From Candidatus Gottesmanbacteria bacterium RIFCSPLOWO2_01_FULL_43_11b (GTDB taxonomy: Bacteria; Patescibacteriota; Microgenomatia; UBA10105; UBA927): a stretch of DNA of 64,000 nucleotides. The notes below the pieces were generated by a model, which was not told the origin of the DNA, made no database searches, and saw only the letters and a list, made by a program, of their open reading frames with translations. Below are positions 57,149 through 64,000 of the stretch, one piece after another. Location of the stretch: contig MFJV01000001.1 of NCBI GenBank assembly GCA_001780985.1, positions 913,609-977,608 of the forward strand, read 5' to 3'. Made by a program: the position numbers and the translations under genes. How positions within the stretch are numbered: position 1 is the stretch's first letter; the number at the start of each line of letters is the position of its first letter.

Positions 57149-58198
57149 ATGAAATACCGAACGCTTGGGAAAACAGGACTGAATGTGTCCGAAGTCGGCA
57201 TGGGGACGTGGCAACTGGCTGGTAAACCATGGGGTTGGGATGCACCTGATGAAGCCGAAAGCATAAGGGCTCTGTATAAATTTGTAGAGCTTGGCGGAAA
57301 CTTTATTGACACTGCCTGGGTATACGGAAGAGCAGATGAATCAAGTGCACCGAAAGAAATGCATACATCGGAAGAGTTAATTGGAAAATTTATTAAAGAA
57401 TCAGGTACAAGAAATAAAGTTATTATTGCTACAAAAATACCAGGTAAAAACAGAAAGTGGCCGGCATGGCGAGGAACTCCAATTTCAGAGGTTTTCCCGG
57501 ATTCATATATAGAGGAGATGGTGGATAGTTCGCTGCAAAGTTTGGGAGTGGATTCAATTGATCTCATGCAATTCCATGTGTGGCAGGACGATTTTGCCAA
57601 AGAGGACGGATGGAAAAATACAATTAAGAAAATTACGCAGTCGGGAAAAGTGAAACATTGGGGGATTTCAATGAATGATTACCAACCAAGCAATTGTCTC
57701 AAAACACTCGACACTGGACTCATTTCATCTATTCAATGCATATTTAATATTTTCCATCAAAAACCGACCGAGAAACTTCTCCCATATGTAAAAACACACA
57801 ATATAGGTCTCATTACAAGAGTTCCGCTTGATGAAGGAGGACTGTCCGGGAAATTAACACTGGATACGGTGTTTACTGACGAAATGAGACCACACTATTT
57901 TAGCAAAGCGAGACTGCAAGAGTATATGCCAAGAATAAGAGAGTTAGAAAAATTGTTGGGAACGGAAGCAAAAACATTGCCGGAGTTAGCTCTTCGATAT
58001 TTATTATCCTGGGATGAAGTTTCTGTAGTAATTCCGGGAACGAGAAAAGTCAAAAATGTTGAAGCAAACGTATCTGTTTCTGATGGGCGAAAATTATCAC
58101 AAAAATTAATGGAAGAGCTTAAGTATCACGCCTGGGAACGAAACTTCTACCTCGACCTCGACCCTTCACTGGAGAAGGATGGATATATAGAGAAATGA
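57149..58198 (+). CDS. Aldo/keto reductase
   Basis: YRTLGKTG..VSE.G.G, FIDTA..YG, ATK, IDL.Q.H, VIPG. Confidence 0.92.
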   Translation: MKYRTLGKTGLNVSEVGMGTWQLAGKPWGWDAPDEAESIRALYKFVELGGNFIDTAWVYGRADESSAPKEMHTSEELIGKFIKESGTRNKVIIATKIPGKNRKWPAWRGTPISEVFPDSYIEEMVDSSLQSLGVDSIDLMQFHVWQDDFAKEDGWKNTIKKITQSGKVKHWGISMNDYQPSNCLKTLDTGLISSIQCIFNIFHQKPTEKLLPYVKTHNIGLITRVPLDEGGLSGKLTLDTVFTDEMRPHYFSKARLQEYMPRIRELEKLLGTEAKTLPELALRYLLSWDEVSVVIPGTRKVKNVEANVSVSDGRKLSQKLMEELKYHAWERNFYLDLDPSLEKDGYIEK

Positions 58199-58207
58199 TA
58201 GAAAATG

Positions 58208-60505
58208 TTATTGAATCGGTTCGTCGAGAGGGGTCGTTGGATCGAAGGAGATGGTTAAAAACTTGGGCAAAATATTTTTGAGTTTGTATTTTTTCCACAG
58301 ATTTTTTCCGTTAGCCAAAAATTGACCGATAATGACCGTTGTTTCGTTACTTTTAGGGATGAGACGTAATTGATAGTTGCCACTTTTGGGATTGACTATA
58401 CCGACAAGCCCATCTGAATCTTTAACCGTTTTACTTTGAGGATCGACCACCCAAAAAATAGCCGGATAGCCAATGATGGTAAGGGCGGAGCTGGGAGTAA
58501 TAGAGTCTGCCATTAAAGTTGCTGGAATAGGAATGTCAAGAAAATTGAAAATTTCACCGATCCCCTCAGCCGAGTTAATTAAGCCACCATGATCGAGGTT
58601 TACTACCTTTTTGTAAGCTCCGGGAATAAGACTACTTGATGTCATAATCCTGCCATCACCGGTTGAGTCTTCGACTGTTTTGAACAATTTGCCGTCAAGC
58701 CAATTCTCCAGCTTGATATCATGTTTGGAAGGATCTTTGACGATAATATTTCTGAGTGTATTAAAACCATTTCCGGCTAAACTTCCGATGGTGACTCCAA
58801 AGAAATCCTCGGGAAGATACGTGTTTGGTAACCAGTTATTTTTATTAATGTCATGCATGGATGCGATTGGAATCGGATCACCAGATTTACTCATGAGGTA
58901 ATCGACGGTTGGCAAAAGATTTCTTAGTGACGGAGCCTGAGTCCGCATGGTCGCTCCGTCATCACCGCCCAAACCACCACACTCTTTGAGGAGAAAAGTA
59001 GCAGCAAATCTGAAGAGCAAATCTTCTTTAGAGACATCCCCCGCCGCCCAGAGAGGATAAGCAAATGCTGTGCCTTGGTGGGGAGAGCCGACGGTCATGA
59101 ATCTCTCCAATCTGTTATTAGTCTGTTGATTTTCTAAATAAGCTCGACCAACCAGTCCTCCCATGCTGTGGCCAACTAGATGAAATCTTTCATCCTCAAC
59201 CGTGGTATTCGTATTTATCCAATTACTTAATTTGGGGATATTATCAATGACATCTTTTCGCCAATCATAGTAAAAAGGTAAAGGTGTATATCCCGAAGTG
59301 GTAATTGCATTGAGGATCGGATTGTAGGCGCCAGCGGCCAAGGGATTAAGTACCCATTCACCATTATCAAGAAAACCGCAACTGAGCAAACTTGCTGCAT
59401 TCCAACTCCCTCCGAATCCGGGAATAATCACAACCTTATCTGCTGGAATTGGTGTTGGGGTGGGCGTTGAGGTGGGAGTGGGCGTCGCCACAACCTCAAT
59501 TGCGGGATTAGTGGCTAACCCCACTGCCCAATTACTTCCATTGTACCCGGAGAAGTATAGTCGATAATGATCAGATTCTTTGAGAATATCACTTAGAGTG
59601 AAGCGTATACTATCAAACGATCCAGAGGTTCGAGTGAGTACAGGATTTTCGCTAGCAGGTTTTATCCAGTTTATACCATCTTCTGAATAAGCATATACTA
59701 TATCAGTTGGAGCCTCTCCTTCTCCCGCTGTATACCACATTTTGTATAATCCGTCCTCCAAGAGAACCGTCGGGTAACTTACATTATTAAGCTCCCACCA
59801 CATAGTCGGATTAATTACAGGGTTGCCCCCATTTTGTTTCGTCCAGTTAACACCATTTGATGATGTAGCATATCCTATTCTCCAAAACGGGTACGTAACA
59901 AGGTTATCATTGTTCGTGCCTGCATACCACATATGATATATTCCATCTTTATAAATGATCGAGTTGCCTCGATTAATGCCGCCGCTATCCCACATACCTG
60001 AGGATCCAGTAAATATCCAACCATCAGTTTTTGTCCAATTAATACCATCCGTAGAGGTCGCAAATCTTAGTCGAAATCTATCTGGTCCTGAAAGCCAATA
60101 AGAGTTTATGGATGAATACCACATTTGATAAATATTATTTGTGGAATTATAAAGCACTCGAGGGTCACTGATAAGCGCTTCCCATCCGTCGGATGAACCT
60201 ACGCTAATAACTGGGTGATTTAATCTTAACCAACCAGTGATACCGTCACTTGATGATGCGTAGCCAATTTTCCAAACGCCACTTCCTTCATTGGCTTGAT
60301 ACCACATTTTATAGATACCATCACGTTTAAGAAGAGAAGGGGATGCTACATATCGACCATCCCAACTTCCTAAAGGACCTGGTAAGAATATTGGATTGTT
60401 CAGGTATTTAACAAAACCGGTTACTGCTACAGCAGGTTTTAAAAGCAACGTAAACGGAAGTGTAAAAAGGATTAAAGTTAAAAAAGAAAATCTCTTTAAG
60501 GGCAT
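58208..60505 (-). CDS. Secreted beta-propeller glycosidase-like domain + PT linker + alpha/beta-hydrolase (lipase/LCAT-like) fusion
   Basis: Signal peptide; repeated NP..WD..Y.MWY..IGYA.S.DG..W blades; TPTPTSTPTPTP; IPGFGGS, YDWR, GHSMGG, GSPHQG, GDG. Confidence 0.8.
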   Translation of the reverse strand: MPLKRFSFLTLILFTLPFTLLLKPAVAVTGFVKYLNNPIFLPGPLGSWDGRYVASPSLLKRDGIYKMWYQANEGSGVWKIGYASSSDGITGWLRLNHPVISVGSSDGWEALISDPRVLYNSTNNIYQMWYSSINSYWLSGPDRFRLRFATSTDGINWTKTDGWIFTGSSGMWDSGGINRGNSIIYKDGIYHMWYAGTNNDNLVTYPFWRIGYATSSNGVNWTKQNGGNPVINPTMWWELNNVSYPTVLLEDGLYKMWYTAGEGEAPTDIVYAYSEDGINWIKPASENPVLTRTSGSFDSIRFTLSDILKESDHYRLYFSGYNGSNWAVGLATNPAIEVVATPTPTSTPTPTPIPADKVVIIPGFGGSWNAASLLSCGFLDNGEWVLNPLAAGAYNPILNAITTSGYTPLPFYYDWRKDVIDNIPKLSNWINTNTTVEDERFHLVGHSMGGLVGRAYLENQQTNNRLERFMTVGSPHQGTAFAYPLWAAGDVSKEDLLFRFAATFLLKECGGLGGDDGATMRTQAPSLRNLLPTVDYLMSKSGDPIPIASMHDINKNNWLPNTYLPEDFFGVTIGSLAGNGFNTLRNIIVKDPSKHDIKLENWLDGKLFKTVEDSTGDGRIMTSSSLIPGAYKKVVNLDHGGLINSAEGIGEIFNFLDIPIPATLMADSITPSSALTIIGYPAIFWVVDPQSKTVKDSDGLVGIVNPKSGNYQLRLIPKSNETTVIIGQFLANGKNLWKKYKLKNILPKFLTISFDPTTPLDEPIQ

Positions 60506-60588
60506 TGTTCTATAAATAATACATTTAAATCGACCGGTCAAGTAGGAATATCACTTTTTTTCGATAGATATAGTAAGATAATTGAAAT

Positions 60589-61413
60589 ATGTCGGACATA
60601 ATTCACTGTTTAGTCTGTAACAAAGTTCAATTTACTTTGATAGATGGTTACCGAAGGTGCGAAAAATGTAGAACATACATCGCCGAAAGTTTGCCAAATG
60701 AAAGAAGAGTTCAAAAAGTACTTGAGGAACACGCTTCCTCTTTTATAGTCGGTAGTCAGGAATCAAAAGATATTCGTACTGAGGAAATGAGACTTTCATT
60801 AATTAAAAAATTTTCCAAAGTTGCCAGTATCGTTATCGATTTTGGTTGTGGGAAAGGTAAGTTTGTCGAATTTTTATCTTCAAAAAAATATAAAGTTTTT
60901 GGTTACGATAAATCAGAAGTAATTAAAAAATATCTGGTTTCAAAAAATATAGCTTTTTACGAAAGTGTAAAAGAAATACCAACTGGGTATTTTGATGTTG
61001 CAACCTGTTTTGATGTTATAGAGCATGTAACTAATCCACGGCATCTTATTTGGACCATTGTACGGAAGTTAAAAAAAGATGGAATCTTTATAATATCTAC
61101 CCCAAATTCAATAGGTTTTTCAGCAAGGATTTTAGGTAAAAGATGGTGGGTATTCAGTGCGAGGTCTCACTTTATTTTGTTTTCTCCATATTCACTTAAA
61201 CTTCTATTAGCAGATATGGGGTTTGAGATTCTCGACGCCAAAACAGATACAATAACACCATGGTTTACACCATCAGAGAGATTTGTTTTTAAAATATTTA
61301 ATAAACTCATTTATTTAATATTTCTTCCGTTTAAATCAATTCTATTTGATAATTATTTGGGTGATAACATACAGATTGTCGCAAAGTTGGCGGGCAGTAA
61401 AAACGCAGGGTAA
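60589..61413 (+). CDS. Class I SAM-dependent methyltransferase with N-terminal CxxC pairs
   Basis: DFGCGKG, FDVIEH, ISTPN. Confidence 0.85.
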   Translation: MSDIIHCLVCNKVQFTLIDGYRRCEKCRTYIAESLPNERRVQKVLEEHASSFIVGSQESKDIRTEEMRLSLIKKFSKVASIVIDFGCGKGKFVEFLSSKKYKVFGYDKSEVIKKYLVSKNIAFYESVKEIPTGYFDVATCFDVIEHVTNPRHLIWTIVRKLKKDGIFIISTPNSIGFSARILGKRWWVFSARSHFILFSPYSLKLLLADMGFEILDAKTDTITPWFTPSERFVFKIFNKLIYLIFLPFKSILFDNYLGDNIQIVAKLAGSKNAG

Positions 61414-61422
61414 AAAATAGAT

Positions 61423-62133
61423 ATGAATATTGCTTTTGTCGTTGTTACATATAAACCAAATAAAAAAGCTTTAGGGAGTTTAGTTGACACTCTTGGAAAA
61501 AAAGACGTGATTGTGGTGGATAACACAGGGAATAACCGGGGTTATGCAGGAGGGGCGAATGTGGGGGTGAGGAAGGCATTGGAACAAGGATACGAGTGGA
61601 TTGTGATGGTCAATGACGACGTCACGTTGAGTAAATATGCACTTTCTCAATTCTTAGACATCGTCAACAAAAGTGAACCGGCAATCATCGGTCCCGTTGC
61701 CGGGAGAATCGATGCGAAGCGCTGGACAACTATTGTTCCCGCGACACAAATGGACTGGATCGACGGTGCATTCACCGCAATCCACGCCAAGATTTTCCAG
61801 ACTATCGGAGAATTTTATGCGCCGTACTTTATTTACTACGAAGATATTGATCTTTGCATACGAGCCAAACGCGCAGGATTTCCTCTTCGTTGGTTTCCCA
61901 TCGACGGAATCCGTCACGAAGGATCAGTAGTTTTAGGTCGGGGATCATTCCGGCACCAATACTACGCTGCTCGAAATCACCTTAAATTTGTCGAACGTCT
62001 TGCGCCGTTACGGGTTAAGATATATGAATATATGAGACTCCCGAAAACAGTTTACGAACATGTCATTCGAAGAGAGTGGGGAGCACTCCTTGGGATTTTT
62101 CACTATTTTATTCGTCGATTCGGACGCCTATGA
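61423..62133 (+). CDS. Glycosyltransferase family 2
   Basis: VVDN, GYAGGAN, NDD, FIYYEDIDLC. Confidence 0.85.
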   Translation: MNIAFVVVTYKPNKKALGSLVDTLGKKDVIVVDNTGNNRGYAGGANVGVRKALEQGYEWIVMVNDDVTLSKYALSQFLDIVNKSEPAIIGPVAGRIDAKRWTTIVPATQMDWIDGAFTAIHAKIFQTIGEFYAPYFIYYEDIDLCIRAKRAGFPLRWFPIDGIRHEGSVVLGRGSFRHQYYAARNHLKFVERLAPLRVKIYEYMRLPKTVYEHVIRREWGALLGIFHYFIRRFGRL

Positions 62134-63134
62134 ATATTGGAGTTGATGCGGGAGCACTGTCGATTACTGATAACCGATTAAAACTCGGTGTCTACTGGGT
62201 CAATGTCAATTTATTGCGGGAACTATCTAAAATCGACAAAACGAACACGTACTATTTATACAGCTTTATCCCAATTGAAGAAAACTTCGGGCCTCGTATG
62301 TTAAATAAAGTTTTACGACCTGCTTCGGGATGGTTTTCTCTTCGACTGCCGCTAGAGCTTTCACTTCATCCGGTTGACGTTTTTCTCGGCCTCTCGCAAG
62401 CAATTCCAGTGAGCAAATGCAGAAATATCGGATTTATTTATGATTTAGGATTTTTGCATCACCCCGAGGCATATCCGGAATCAGCTACAAAACTAAAAAA
62501 ACAAACAGAGGATCTCATAAAAAGATCAGATCATATCGTATGTATTTCACAGGTTGTTAAAAATGACGTGATCACAACATACGGGAAAAAAAATATTACC
62601 GTAGCATATCCGGGTGTCGATAACACATTTACCTCATCTGGAGCGAAATATAAGAATAAAAATCCGTATTTTCTATTTGTCGGAGCATTGAAACGGGGAA
62701 AGAATATTCCGTTTCTTTTGAGGTCTTTTGCAAAATTCCTCAAACAAATAAAAAAACCCTATGATCTTATTCTTGTGGGAAGCGACTACTGGTTGGATCC
62801 CGGAATTTCGTTTGGTCCGCACGTAAAGTTTTTGGGATTTGTTGAAGATAAGATTCTTGCATCGCTCTATCGGGGGGCACTTGCATTTGTGTCGCCCTCA
62901 CTGTGGGAGGGATTTTGTCTGCCTGCAGCCGAGGCATTGTCTTGCGGTACAGCTGTGATTGCATCAAAAACAGGGGCGTTTCCTGAAATAGTCGGGAAAT
63001 CCGGAACACTCGTTGATCCGACAAACGAAGAGGAGTTAACGAAGGCATTCCATACATATGCTAAAAAAATTTCCATTCAACCCAAAAAATTCTCCTGGTC
63101 AACATTTGCACACACAGTCCACAAACTTCTATGA
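62130..63134 (+). CDS. Glycosyltransferase family 4
   Basis: VGALKRGKN, PSLWEGFCLPAAEAL. Confidence 0.88.
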   Translation: MNIGVDAGALSITDNRLKLGVYWVNVNLLRELSKIDKTNTYYLYSFIPIEENFGPRMLNKVLRPASGWFSLRLPLELSLHPVDVFLGLSQAIPVSKCRNIGFIYDLGFLHHPEAYPESATKLKKQTEDLIKRSDHIVCISQVVKNDVITTYGKKNITVAYPGVDNTFTSSGAKYKNKNPYFLFVGALKRGKNIPFLLRSFAKFLKQIKKPYDLILVGSDYWLDPGISFGPHVKFLGFVEDKILASLYRGALAFVSPSLWEGFCLPAAEALSCGTAVIASKTGAFPEIVGKSGTLVDPTNEEELTKAFHTYAKKISIQPKKFSWSTFAHTVHKLL

Positions 63135-64000
63135 GAGTTGCTCTAATCCGGGGTAAATTTCTCAACGCCTACGAAATGCAGTTATTCGAAAAATTGCCCC
63201 GCAAATATAAAATTACTGCTTTTGCCTCACTCACTCCGTTCCACGGGAAGTTTTCGTTTCCCGTAATAAAACTTCCTTCCCCTATGGACCTACCGGATTT
63301 TTCATACAAAATGCCGATTTTAAATAGATTATTCATCGATGCGCATTATCTTTTTGGATTAGAAGAGAAACTTAGAGGTTTCGATCTTGTGCACAGTGCG
63401 GAAAACTACTATCACTACACCCAACAAGCGCTCAATGCAAAAAAACATGGATACGTTAAGAAAGTTGTCGCTACGGTATTGGAAAATATTCCGTTTAACA
63501 ATGAAGGCATTTGGGGAAGACGCGCGTTTAAAAAACGGGCACGGCAAGAACTCGATCACATAATTTCGTTAACACAAAAAACGAAAGACGCCCTTATTTT
63601 GGAAGGATGCGAACCTTCTAAAATTACTGTCATCGGCCATGCGATTGATACGGATAGATTCACGCCCGTGCCTATTCGGAAAACAAAACGTCTTGTGATT
63701 CTTTTTGTCGGTAGATTGGAAGAGGAAAAAGGAGTACTGGACATTGTTGAGGCAGCAAAACTACTGCATAACGACAATCTAAAATTTATTATGATCGGCA
63801 CGGGCAGTAAAAAAAATCTGCTTCCAAAATTTATTACACAGAAAGTTGTGTCGTACAAAAATATGCCACGGGAGTATCAGGCGGCTGATATTTTTGTCGC
63901 ACCAAGTAAACCGATAAAAACATGGGATGAGCAGTATAACACTGCACTTTTAGAAGCCCAAGCATCCGGACTTCCAATCGTAACAACTAAAACCGGAGGA
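63131..64000 (+). CDS. Glycosyltransferase family 4 (3'-truncated by window edge; absent from ORF track)
   Basis: MRVALIRGKFLNAYE..., LFVGRLEEEKG, ADIFVAPS, LLEAQASGLPIVTT. Confidence 0.85.
   Translation, partial: MRVALIRGKFLNAYEMQLFEKLPRKYKITAFASLTPFHGKFSFPVIKLPSPMDLPDFSYKMPILNRLFIDAHYLFGLEEKLRGFDLVHSAENYYHYTQQALNAKKHGYVKKVVATVLENIPFNNEGIWGRRAFKKRARQELDHIISLTQKTKDALILEGCEPSKITVIGHAIDTDRFTPVPIRKTKRLVILFVGRLEEEKGVLDIVEAAKLLHNDNLKFIMIGTGSKKNLLPKFITQKVVSYKNMPREYQAADIFVAPSKPIKTWDEQYNTALLEAQASGLPIVTTKTGG

Noticed and set aside
59450-59490. GGTGTTGGGGTGGGCGTT... repetitive DNA
   Set aside because: It simply encodes the Pro-Thr linker of the minus-strand protein.
1-64000. CRISPR array, rRNA, prophage or IS transposase
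   Set aside because: No regularly spaced repeats and no rRNA, phage structural or transposase genes; the 'holin' at 37105 is the common chromosomal YvlD type.
1-64000. Numerous short antisense and alternate-frame ORFs in the track
   Set aside because: They overlap well-supported genes and lack motifs; treated as shadow ORFs. Several track starts were moved to downstream ATGs.
1-64000. Alternative genetic code (TGA=Gly as in Gracilibacteria/SR1)
   Set aside because: TGA ends many conserved genes at the expected lengths, often in ATGA overlaps.

Overview
A 64-kb chromosomal window from a small-genome bacterium, most likely Patescibacteria/CPR of the Microgenomates group. This is inferred from the N-terminally truncated MurE, membrane-anchored MurF, alpha2-type GlyRS, type-2 IleRS, short RecO, DUF4012 protein and ATGA gene overlaps; the genetic code is standard code 11. 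Layout: surface-glycan operon (1-15.7 kb); DUF4012-recO-glyS; an orphan-gene islet (20.2-22.3 kb); an expanded dcw cluster from mraZ to ftsZ (22.4-45 kb) that lacks murD and ddl in this window but carries pgeF, ridA, glmU-like, alpha/beta hydrolase, DegT-like aminotransferase, MBL hydrolase, FemABX and dgkA genes; ileS-rodA-rplU-methyltransferase-rpmA-parB; lepB; a tRNA-Val locus; an accessory region; and the start of a second glycosyltransferase operon. The most striking structure is at 52.36-52.83 kb. A broken tRNA-Val(GAC) gene carries two homologous hairpin inserts, and 13-bp direct repeats bracket a small GIY-YIG nuclease plus a different, intact tRNA-Val(GAC), with the nuclease stop codon inside that tRNA. 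Several short palindrome families sit at the junctions of single-gene insertions and in-frame inside housekeeping genes, including one filled/empty-site pair. Many genes have sigma70 -10 boxes only 6-10 nt before ATG, consistent with leaderless expression. All calls come from reading motifs by eye; no database searches were run.
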